Shown here: positions 20,160 through 28,212 of the stretch, in pieces
Layout of the letters: each line of letters starts with the position of its first letter
How positions within the stretch are numbered: position 1 is the first letter of the stretch
NCBI GenBank assembly: GCA_000146465.1
Contig: CP001949.1
Length of the DNA stretch: 64,000 nucleotides
Reading direction: 5' to 3' (one strand)
Position numbers and translations under genes: made by a program
The notes under the pieces: generated by a model
Seen by the model: only the letters and a program-made list of their open reading frames with translations
What the model was told of the DNA's origin: nothing
The model's database searches: none

Positions 20160-20876
20160 TCAAAAAAAGCTACTAGGACATTTGCTTCTGATACAACACT
20201 CTTCACATTTTGGCCTTCTTGCAACACAGACTGTTTGGCCGTATCCTACCAGAACTCTATTAATTGTCTCCCACTCTCTCTTTGGAACGATCTTCTCCAG
20301 CTCCCTTCGAGTGCTTTCGGCATCCTTAGTCTTGACCAGCCCTATTCTATTGGAGATTCTGTGTACATGTGTATCCACACTTATTCCAACCACACTGCCG
20401 CATGCATGGTTCATGTACAGAATGGCCATCTTGTTTCCAATTCCAGGAAGAGACACAAGATCCTTCATTTCTTCTGGAAGTCCCTTTTCTCTGAGAATTT
20501 CTGTAATCCTCTTCAAGTTTTCGGCCTTTTTGGTATGGAACCCAACTCTCTTGATGCAGGAGTCGATGTATCCAACACTCGAACTCGTTACATTCTCCAT
20601 GGTCAGGCCACAGTCTCTGCCATCTGCAGCACCACCTTCTGGAAGAAGAGTCCTCAGCCTCTCCATGGCCTCATATGTTATCTCGTCTTTTGTCTGCGAA
20701 GAAAGAAGAAGAGAAACCAGGATATGAAATCTCCTTTCTTCTTCCGTCTTATATGACGGGGTAACAAAGCACCCCATGGTATCCACAGGAGATACAATGT
20801 TCTCCCTCTGTTTTTTGATTTCTAAGTAAAGTTCTAGAGACTCTTTTTTCCTTTCTTTAGAGGAGGTGTCTTTCAT
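20160..20876 (-). CDS. Endonuclease III (Nth1) DNA glycosylase/AP lyase
   Basis: HhH-GPD (LPGIGNKMA, VDTHVHR) and C-terminal 4Fe-4S cysteines C..C..C...C. Confidence 0.8.
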   Translation of the reverse strand: MKDTSSKERKKESLELYLEIKKQRENIVSPVDTMGCFVTPSYKTEEERRFHILVSLLLSSQTKDEITYEAMERLRTLLPEGGAADGRDCGLTMENVTSSSVGYIDSCIKRVGFHTKKAENLKRITEILREKGLPEEMKDLVSLPGIGNKMAILYMNHACGSVVGISVDTHVHRISNRIGLVKTKDAESTRRELEKIVPKREWETINRVLVGYGQTVCVARRPKCEECCIRSKCPSSFF

Positions 20877-20891
20877 AGTCCACTGTATAAG
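20877..20891. promoter_or_regulatory. 15-bp bidirectional inter-ATG region between endonuclease III (-) and kinesin (+)
   Basis: The two start codons are 15 bp apart. Confidence 0.4.
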
Positions 20892-22247
20892 ATGGGAATG
20901 GGCCCTCCTATTGTATTTTGCGATAAAACACCAAAATCAAAGCTTCCCATCTGGAAAGCAATGCTCAACAACGTCAGGACATACCTTCGGATCAAGCCAC
21001 AGGAAATCCCAGAAGACATTGCAGTCAGCAAGGACTCGATGGTTATAGATGGAAGCAAGTTCTGCTTCGATAGGATCTTTAGAGGCTCCACCCAGCAAGA
21101 AATCTTCCAAGAGATATCAAGGAGTCTTTTGGTGGAGTGTATGCAGGGATACAACTGCACTCTCTTTGCCTATGGGCAGACAGGAAGTGGGAAGACCTAC
21201 ACCATACAAGGAAATGAACACAACATTGGGATTGTCCAAAGGTCTCTGAGTCTTCTGCACAGAAACACAGACCTAAAGATCTCTCTCTCCTTTGTTGAGA
21301 TATACAACGAGACAATGCTGGATCTGTTTGATCCCGAGGCCAATCTGTCCATACGCGAAGATCCTCTTTACGGGGTAGTTGTCGACAACCTAACGACAGT
21401 GGAATCAGACAGCTACGAGAAGAGCATGGAAATGTACACGAAGGGAATAAGAATAAGAAGAACATCGTCGACGTCAATGAACAAGGAAAGCAGTCGGAGC
21501 CATTCGATATTCACTGTGTATCTTAAGAGCAATGGAGAAGTGATGAAAAGGTCATCAAGGCTGTGCTTTGTAGATCTTGCAGGGTCGGAGAGGCTTAGAG
21601 AGCGAGGAGTGGAAGAGATGAAGATGAAGGAGGCAGCTAACATAAACAAGTCTCTTTTATGTCTTGGAAAAGTGATCAATAAACTTAGCAACGGCGAGGA
21701 CGGGCATATAGGGTATAGGGAGTCCAAGCTTACTTTTTTACTAAAAGACTCTCTTGGAGGAAATTGCAAGTTGACGGTCATTGGAAATGTCTCTCTTGAG
21801 AGCAGAGGTGACAGCATAAACACAATGAACTTCCTCCAGAGGTCCAAGATGATAAGAAACCTTGCTGTTGTGAATTCAGACGTAAGCGGGGAGTTGGAAG
21901 AGGTGAAGAACAAGCTGAAGATTCTAGACTGTGAGAACCAAAGCCTGAAGGCCAGGATTGCTCTGATGGACTCGCAGATCCAAGAGGAGTCTGGGATTCT
22001 CCCCTCCTACCACTACGACATTGCAAGGGTGAGAAGTGCAGTTGACGAGATCATGAACACGGTTCTGGAACTGGAAGCCATTGCCAAGAAAATCCCTGGA
22101 GTTGAATTTGGCAAGAACAGGAATCTTCTTCTTGGAATCCACGAATGCTTCATGGCTCTGCATGGAAAGGAGCAGAAAGACACAGACACGATGAAAAGAA
22201 AGCGAATGGGCGAAAGAGAGCAAACAAATAAAGAAGCTATGTTCTGA
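20892..22247 (+). CDS. Kinesin motor-domain protein (short, 451 aa)
   Basis: P-loop GQTGSGKTYT, switch I SSRSHS, switch II DLAGSE; short coiled-coil tail. Confidence 0.8.
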   Translation: MGMGPPIVFCDKTPKSKLPIWKAMLNNVRTYLRIKPQEIPEDIAVSKDSMVIDGSKFCFDRIFRGSTQQEIFQEISRSLLVECMQGYNCTLFAYGQTGSGKTYTIQGNEHNIGIVQRSLSLLHRNTDLKISLSFVEIYNETMLDLFDPEANLSIREDPLYGVVVDNLTTVESDSYEKSMEMYTKGIRIRRTSSTSMNKESSRSHSIFTVYLKSNGEVMKRSSRLCFVDLAGSERLRERGVEEMKMKEAANINKSLLCLGKVINKLSNGEDGHIGYRESKLTFLLKDSLGGNCKLTVIGNVSLESRGDSINTMNFLQRSKMIRNLAVVNSDVSGELEEVKNKLKILDCENQSLKARIALMDSQIQEESGILPSYHYDIARVRSAVDEIMNTVLELEAIAKKIPGVEFGKNRNLLLGIHECFMALHGKEQKDTDTMKRKRMGEREQTNKEAMF

Positions 22248-22301
22248 GGTGGATGCTGTAATACAGTCCTTAGGCTTATGGGCTGTAAATTTGGATATTT
22301 T

Positions 22302-22311
22302 GGATCCCTGA
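22302..22311 (+). promoter_or_regulatory. GGATCCCTGA element 7 nt upstream of the eIF4E ATG (an instance of the CCC-type upstream motif)
   Basis: The same GATCCCTGA sits 3 nt upstream of the RACK1 ATG, and GGATCC(A/T)... occurs upstream of the genes at 1241 and 57807. Confidence 0.3.
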
Positions 22312-22317
22312 TTTACT

Positions 22318-22839
22318 ATGAACTTGGCGTCGCAGTGGGTTCTTTGGCAGAACAACAACGACGAGTCGAATGCCAAGAGCTGGGGAGACGACCTCATGGT
22401 TGTTGGGGAGGTGTCGACGATACCGGAGTTCCTGTATCTCTGTGACGAGATATCGAATGTCGGGGTTGGAAAGCTGTGCACAATGAATCTGTTTAAGAAA
22501 GGAATCAAGCCGATGTGGGAGGATGAGGGAAACATAGAAGGAGGAAGAATTATAATGGATGTTCCTGTGGTGGGCAAGGACAGTATTGATGAGCTGTGGA
22601 AAAGAACCATGGCGTTCTGTGTCTCGAATACCGTCGATAACATATGCGGGTGTGTACTCAGTGAAAAACAGTCGTTTTACAAGGTGGCAATCTGGTTTGG
22701 GAAAGATTATAACCAGGATTCGATTAAGGACATGTGGCAAGAAGCCCTTGGAGGGGGAAAGCTATCCATCTACTCTTTCTTGCACAAGAAGTCGTTGGAC
22801 AGCAACAAAGGAAAAAAAAAGTGGGGAGGAAGAAGGTAG
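22318..22839 (+). CDS. Translation initiation factor eIF4E (cap-binding)
   Basis: Conserved Trp pattern and KPMWED; ends at TAG; ATG preceded by GGATCCCTGA. Confidence 0.8.
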   Translation: MNLASQWVLWQNNNDESNAKSWGDDLMVVGEVSTIPEFLYLCDEISNVGVGKLCTMNLFKKGIKPMWEDEGNIEGGRIIMDVPVVGKDSIDELWKRTMAFCVSNTVDNICGCVLSEKQSFYKVAIWFGKDYNQDSIKDMWQEALGGGKLSIYSFLHKKSLDSNKGKKKWGGRR

Positions 22840-22899
22840 AGCACGGAGAAGTTTCAATAAAGTTATCTTTGTTTAATTGTCTGAGAGACAACCCTAGGC

Positions 22900-23778
22900 C
22901 TATTTCCTTCTGGACCCTTTTCTTGTTACAGGTGTGACCTTTACAAAGCCATCTGGGCAAATATCCGAGAGGATCGACAGCTTCGACTCATCAAGAAATA
23001 GGTTAAGAAACTCCTCGCATTCGGTCTTGCTGAGCCCCGAGGCATGGGAGATGATCTTAACGGCTTCAGAAAAAGACTTCCCCGAAATCCTCCTTTCCAT
23101 GGAGCCAAGGGTCACCGACGGGTTTCTGGAATGTAAGAAGTTCTTTGATTTGACACAGGCTTCAAGGATCTTTGAGCGGTCAAGATCCTTCTTTGGATGC
23201 TTCTTTAGAGACAAAGAAGAAAGATCCTCAAAGAACTCCTGAGGCTTTTCAAGAGGCTTCTTAACGGCAGCATGGCTTTCAAAGTACTCGTCTAGCTTCT
23301 CTGAAGAAAGGAAATCTCCAAGATCTGCTGCAAGGCTATCGTAGGATACAAATCCCTTGTCTATATCTCTTCTGACCTGTGTATTTTTTAGTTCTTGGGT
23401 GTTTATCTTCTCTCTCATTTCCCGGTCAGTGAATGGTCCTTGGATGTCTTCTCCCCTTCTCACCAGCCACATAAAGGAAAGGCTCGGAGCAGCTCCGAGA
23501 ACAAAGTTTCCTCTTTGGTCGAAATGCCCTTGGTCCGACCTTGTTAGATCTACATCCCACATTGATTCAGACTCTCTTTTCAATGCCTTCTTCTGGGGCC
23601 ATCCTCCCTTCCGGCTTGCAAGTGCCAGTATCCGCCTTCGAAGGACGCACGCCTTTTCTTCCTTTGAATATTCCTGAAGAATCCTTGGTGTTCTACTCTC
23701 CTTAGTGCATATTGTCTTGTCAAAAACAAAGTCATTTGGCTTCGTCGAGCAGATCTCCATAAAGTTTATTGGCAGCAT
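22900..23778 (-). CDS. GYF-like domain protein, otherwise hypothetical
   Basis: MWLVRRGEDIQGPFTDREM resembles the GYF core (W.Y.D..G.IQGPF...M). Confidence 0.35.
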   Translation of the reverse strand: MLPINFMEICSTKPNDFVFDKTICTKESRTPRILQEYSKEEKACVLRRRILALASRKGGWPQKKALKRESESMWDVDLTRSDQGHFDQRGNFVLGAAPSLSFMWLVRRGEDIQGPFTDREMREKINTQELKNTQVRRDIDKGFVSYDSLAADLGDFLSSEKLDEYFESHAAVKKPLEKPQEFFEDLSSLSLKKHPKKDLDRSKILEACVKSKNFLHSRNPSVTLGSMERRISGKSFSEAVKIISHASGLSKTECEEFLNLFLDESKLSILSDICPDGFVKVTPVTRKGSRRK

Positions 23779-23858
23779 GGGTGCCCTGATCCCACAACTA
23801 AAGTAAATTTAATCTGGAGTGTCTTAAGATTACTCCAAAAGACATTTGGATTACACGT

Positions 23859-24296
23859 TTAATAAGGAGGAAACCGGGAGTTCTTGTCTGGCTTGTAGTG
23901 GTCGGGGTCTGGCTCAAAACTGTCCTTCCTGTTTCTTGAGGGTGTTATAGGATCTATGTTGATCAACGGGTCTGTATCCTCGTCCTCAGAAGGTCGTCCA
24001 GAAGGCAAGCGAAAGATGCTTGGGTCCGCCAGAGATCCTCTTGGATGTTTTCTGACTGTTCTGAGAACACTAATTTCCTCGGTGTCTGGAAACAGATCAT
24101 CTCTCCCGACGTTTCTGAAGCCGGCCAAAGGGGAGCCCAACAAATCGAAGATCCTGTTTATGCAGAGCTGGTCGCATAGCTCGGACTCATGGATTTTCAC
24201 ACGTCTATCTCCATTTGAGACAACGTATGTACCGTCTGGGATTCTCTCGACATTGTATTTTGCTTTTAGTGTGTCCAGGAACTTATTAGGTTTCAT
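23859..24296 (-). CDS. Hypothetical 146-aa protein
   Basis: The track start at 24380 is a TTG; first ATG at 24296 preceded by AATCCCACC; acidic, proline-rich C-terminus. Confidence 0.35.
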   Translation of the reverse strand: MKPNKFLDTLKAKYNVERIPDGTYVVSNGDRRVKIHESELCDQLCINRIFDLLGSPLAGFRNVGRDDLFPDTEEISVLRTVRKHPRGSLADPSIFRLPSGRPSEDEDTDPLINIDPITPSRNRKDSFEPDPDHYKPDKNSRFPPY

Positions 24297-24379
24297 GGTG
24301 GGATTATTCGCAGACGGAATATAATACTTGGGCTTTGGATGAAGAAGGCCAGATAAGAGAAGAAAAATCCCTCCCTTCA

Positions 24380-25357
24380 ATGAGTAGAGACGAGAAGCTT
24401 TTTGAGGAAATTGGAAACAAGATCAAGGACCTGAAGTTTCGAGTCAACGAAGATGTTGTTCAGACGATTTATGAGATGGTTGTGAAGGAAAAGGGTGCAA
24501 CCGATGATCTGGGTGGATTTGTGAAGAGGCTAGAGGAAGACGGGACGCTGATGAATCTGCAACTGAACTCGAAAGGAAGAGACAAAGAAAGCCTTGGAGG
24601 AAAATGGAGGGCATTGAGGAGAAGTGGAGTTTACTCGGAAAGAATTACACCCGAGACGTTTCAGCTGAGCTACTACCCGAAGGATGAAGAAACAATGAAG
24701 TTTCTTAGTTCGATTCTTGTTAGTGACATTCCATTTGGATTTCTGAATCCCGAGCAAAAGATAAGACTAATTGAGTCGATGGAGCCGGTGGAGATTCCAT
24801 GTGGGACATTTGTAATCCGTGAAGAGGACGTTGGATCGCAGATGTACATTGTGGACCACGGGGAGTTTGAGGTTTCGAAGAGAGGACAGTTTCTTAGGAA
24901 GCTGTCAAGAGGGAACTTCTTTGGAGAGATAGCTCTTCTGCACAACATCCCCAGGACGGCCTCTGTCAAGGCAGTTAGTGATGGAAAGGTATGGGTTGTG
25001 GAGCAGACGTCGTTTTCTGGAATAAGGATGATGGACCGGATTTCCAACAAGAGAATCATCATGGAAGGTCTGAAGGAACACAAGGTTTTCCCGTCATTTG
25101 GAGACGAGGACTATGAGCATATTCTGAACTCATTAAGTTTTGAGTACTACAAGAAGGGAAGCAGAGTTGAGGTGAAGGATAGCGAGTTTTTGATGAGTTT
25201 ATTTGAGGGGGAGATTGACGATGGAGAGCGAAGGAAGATCCAGGCAAAGGAGATGATTGGAAAGAGCTTTATGGCGATAAGTGAGATCCAGGGAGCACAT
25301 ATATGTAGGGAGTATGAGAGACCTAGGTGTTATGATTCTGGGGGGTCTGGAAGATAA
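24380..25357 (+). CDS. cAMP-dependent protein kinase (PKA) regulatory subunit
   Basis: Pseudosubstrate-like RRSGVYSE; cNMP-binding domain with a phosphate-binding cassette FGEIALLHNIPRTASVKA; a second CNB-like region is degenerate; the track start at 24335 is a TTG; the ATG at 24380 is preceded by TCCCTCCCTTCA. Confidence 0.7.
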   Translation: MSRDEKLFEEIGNKIKDLKFRVNEDVVQTIYEMVVKEKGATDDLGGFVKRLEEDGTLMNLQLNSKGRDKESLGGKWRALRRSGVYSERITPETFQLSYYPKDEETMKFLSSILVSDIPFGFLNPEQKIRLIESMEPVEIPCGTFVIREEDVGSQMYIVDHGEFEVSKRGQFLRKLSRGNFFGEIALLHNIPRTASVKAVSDGKVWVVEQTSFSGIRMMDRISNKRIIMEGLKEHKVFPSFGDEDYEHILNSLSFEYYKKGSRVEVKDSEFLMSLFEGEIDDGERRKIQAKEMIGKSFMAISEIQGAHICREYERPRCYDSGGSGR

Positions 25358-25436
25358 GGAGTGGATTGAGCAATAAAGTCCTATTGGGCGCCTGGGGGCC
25401 TTATGGTGAGATCGGGGGTTGTGGGGGGTATGGCAA

Positions 25437-25509
25437 GTGACCTTAGTGTAGTGGTTATCACGTTCGTCTAACACGCGGAAGGTCCCCAGTTCGAGCCTGG
25501 GAGGTCGCA
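25437..25509 (+). tRNA. tRNA-Val (anticodon AAC)
   Basis: 73-nt cloverleaf: 7-bp acceptor gtgacct/aggtcgc, T-arm cccag-ttcgagc-ctggg, anticodon AAC at 25470-25472; near-identical architecture to metazoan tRNA-Val-AAC; followed by TTTTT. Confidence 0.85.
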
Positions 25510-25517
25510 TTATTTTT
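25510..25517 (+). terminator. Pol III T-tract terminator for tRNA-Val
   Basis: TTATTTTT immediately 3' of the discriminator base. Confidence 0.5.
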
Positions 25518-25548
25518 GCATTGGGTTTTGGGCCAAAAGGATTGTCTG

Positions 25549-25554
25549 AAAAAA
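25549..25554 (-). terminator. Pol III T-tract terminator for tRNA-Tyr (A6 on the + strand)
   Basis: TTTTTT on the minus strand 3 nt beyond the tRNA 3' end. Confidence 0.5.
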
Positions 25555-25557
25555 GAC

Positions 25558-25641
25558 TCTCCCAAGCTGGAGTCGAACCAGCGGCCATTCGATAACGGCA
25601 TACTTCTACAGTCGAATGCTCTACCACTGAGCTATTGGGAG
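25558..25641 (-). tRNA. tRNA-Tyr (anticodon GTA) with a 12-nt intron at the canonical 37/38 position (intron 25594..25605)
   Basis: Acceptor ctcccaa/ttgggag, D-arm gctc-agtggta-gagc, anticodon stem ttcga/tcgaa, loop CUGUAG|A, T-arm gctgg-ttcgact-ccagc; 84 nt = 72 + 12. Confidence 0.85.
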
Positions 25642-25742
25642 TTGCCATGCTCAGCCCTTCCAGACTTCACAAAACAAGAACCTAAAAACATAAGATATTT
25701 AATGAAAAGACCCAGATCCTAACACGAACTAGAGGCACATCC

Positions 25743-26117
25743 TCACAGCTCTCGAATGTTCTTCGACTTGAATGGCGATCGAGGAAATGAGGAAAATAAA
25801 AGATCCATCTCGGTTTCATCCTCTTGGGATGCTCTGTTCATTTCTTGTGCCGGAGGCTTTGTCTTCTCTGTGATCTCTCTCAGCGCTGTGTATCTCTTCC
25901 TCTGCTTTACCTTGGTAGGTGTAAACTCCTTGATGTGTGGATTGTAGTTCTCCTTCTCAGGTAGGTTGTCAAACCCTGCACCATCTGGTCTTTCACATCT
26001 CATGTTAGGGATTCCTCCTATTGTCCAATAAGTCCATTTTGGAGGGAAGATTCCAAGACCTTGCAAAATAACAGCATTCAAAGCCCTAAGAAGAGTACAG
26101 AATTTATTGTTACACAT
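25743..26117 (-). CDS. 124-aa ORF immediately downstream of the multi-exon membrane gene; either a 4th exon (via the non-consensus 28-nt intron GTAACA...CTTCTTAG at 26086..26113) or a separate small gene
   Basis: Frame can be reached from exon 3 only through a non-consensus intron; it has its own ATG at 26117. Confidence 0.25.
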   Translation of the reverse strand: MCNNKFCTLLRALNAVILQGLGIFPPKWTYWTIGGIPNMRCERPDGAGFDNLPEKENYNPHIKEFTPTKVKQRKRYTALREITEKTKPPAQEMNRASQEDETEMDLLFSSFPRSPFKSKNIREL

Positions 26118-27087
26118 CCGGAATGCCCTTGTCCCTCTTTACCTTCAGTACATTCCGCTCTTTCCCTGCGGGGTAAAACAACTCCTTTAGCCCAGATCCG
26201 AAGTACCTGTAGTCCAAGACCGAGTAATACAGAAAAATCAGGTTTATAACTGCCTCGAAGTTATTCCTTATGATGAAGAGCCTAAAATTAAAAATGCTCA
26301 CTTACCTCCTCAGATGCCAATCCAGAGCGTCACTGTTCCTATGTCTCGAAACCTGGGATGTACAGTACGAAAGATTCAAGGCTGTTGCCATGATTAGAGA
26401 CATCCTTTGGCCCTCATTTTCTTCATTAGGCCTCATGAACATTAAGAAAAAGGTGATAACCTCGAGAATATGGTCAAGCACCATCAAGAAAGCCTCTAAA
26501 GAGTTTACAGTGTAGTATTTGATCCCCTCGATCTGAAGATATATCCCCTGGATGGCTGCTAGGATCATTAGAAACTTCGATGCATCGTACCGGGCCCTTG
26601 CTTTGTATGCAGCTTAAAATTATATGTGTCACTTACCTTTCAGCTTGCTGCTAACACCCCCCTGCTTAAAATAGTACCATTCAAACATGTCTCCATATTC
26701 CTTGCATACGAAGTACATCCTAATAAACTCTCCAACGCATAGTCCTAAATACAAAAGGGAAAAAGCCACAACTCCCAGGTTGTGATTGGTAAACTTGAAA
26801 ACGCTTTCCACAATCACAGATGCCTCCAGAGAAGCTATGAGAATGATAACCCAGTATGCCTTGCACTGCTCAAGGTTTTTTCTCGACATTGCATTTTCAA
26901 GATAGATAAACATGTAGACGTTTGTAACACATATGGACAGACACATCGATCGGATTATGACCATTTGCTTACCGATAATGTTTTTCCGGTAAAATCCAAT
27001 TCCGATGACTAATATCCTCAAAAGCAAGTACATAAACGAAACCTTCCTCCCTTTGTTCAACAGTTCGTCCTTCCCCAACAAGTCCAT
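26110..27087 (-). CDS. Multi-pass membrane protein encoded by at least 3 exons (27087..26637, 26612..26306, 26281..26110), tentatively TLC/TRAM-LAG1-like; a possible 4th exon is 25743..26085
   Basis: Three consecutive minus-strand track ORFs in different frames join exactly when two 24-nt introns (GTAAGTGACACATATAATTTTAAG, GTAAGTGAGCATTTTTAATTTTAG) are removed; phases match and the continuous frame is hydrophobic; the ATG at 27087 is preceded by GACCCATTGA. Confidence 0.55.
26282..26305 (-). other. Spliceosomal intron, 24 nt, GTAAGTGA...TAATTTTAG
   Basis: Removal joins exon frames (phase 2) without a stop. Confidence 0.65.
26613..26636 (-). other. Spliceosomal intron, 24 nt, GTAAGTGA...AATTTTAAG
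   Basis: Removal joins exon frames (phase 1) without a stop. Confidence 0.65.
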
Positions 27088-27266
27088 TCAATGGGTCTGT
27101 GCCATTTCAAAAAAAATATCATTTATCACAGGTTTAGATCCACTGATCTACTTAAATTATAAAATTTCAGAAGGCAATCTATCTCTAATTAGTTGGAATT
27201 CCCTGCTAATGCAATTCTGATAAATTAAATCATGCCTGTGTTATTGATCCGATCCGAGATAGCATC

Positions 27267-28151
27267 CTAGAACCCGTTCCTTGTGAAGACAATTTGGCCA
27301 TATGCTTTCTTCTGCACAGGTATAATGTCCCCTCTTGAGCTCATCAAAAGAATGGAATAGAATGTCCTTGCTCTTGTCCTTCTGCTTGTGCCAGCATACT
27401 CGTCGAAGTCTCCATTGCTCAGCAGGATGCTTGCCATGTCTTCGCTGGAAGTGCTGTTTGAAAAGTCCTCTCTACTCGAATGCCTAGACCAATTACGTGC
27501 TTTTTCTACAGAGTCAAAGGAAGACATCCCGGCATACAACATCCCAGTCCCCTGGATTGGAGGTCTTATCTTCTTAACTTCCCTGGTGATAAAGGCTTCT
27601 TCTTCAAACACCCGGGTTTCAGCCCTCTCTTCATGCTTGGATGTTCTTGAAGCTCCTGCTTTATTGATATTCAGTACTGTTGTGCTGTCCACTACATTCT
27701 AAAGACGCTTTCTGGATATATGTTCCGGCCCGTCCACAACTCCAAATGTTTCGCTGTAGCTAAACATTATACTATCCATACAATCGACCCCATCCAGTTC
27801 GGAGCTACAGACACTTGCCACATATCCTGTTTCAATCGAAAGCATGTTCTTCTTTTTTCTTTCCACCGTCCTTCTCCTCTTTTTTCTTCTATCTAGTATC
27901 CCAGCTAGCGATCTAATTTCAAGCAGCTGAATCCTAACTTTGGCTTTATAGATTCTTATCAGCATTTGAAGAAATACCGAGGCTCCTCTTAACGCATACA
28001 CCGGAAAGATGTCCACCACAGCCTTCACAACCCCTGGAATCCAGATCTTTTCCACAGCCTTTCTTCCAATTCGGACTTTCCTCCCCCTCTTCCCAAGTAT
28101 TCGGAGAAAGGTCAATGCTTCTTGATTCCTAAGGAGATTTTGGAAAGCCAT
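27267..28151 (-). pseudogene. Rad21/Scc1-type kleisin (cohesin subunit) reading frame interrupted by one in-frame TAG (plus strand 27699..27701)
   Basis: N-terminal kleisin motif (EKIW...VYALRGASVFLQMLIRIYKAKVRIQLL) and C-terminal winged-helix motif (TRARTFYSILLMSSRGDIIPVQKKAYGQIV) lie in the same frame on either side of the TAG; the track shows two ORFs, the second starting at a GTG. Confidence 0.55.
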
Positions 28152-28212
28152 AAATATTCATCTCATACACCATTTAATTATTTTAAGATATATACTAAAT
28201 AAAAAGCACTGC

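Noticed and set aside
26086-26142. A 57-nt GTAAAG...CTTCTTAG intron linking exon 3 of the membrane gene to the downstream ORF
   Set aside because: The resulting frame hits a stop after 26 codons and the ends are non-consensus. Only a 28-nt GTAACA variant restores the frame, so this is kept only as a low-confidence finding.
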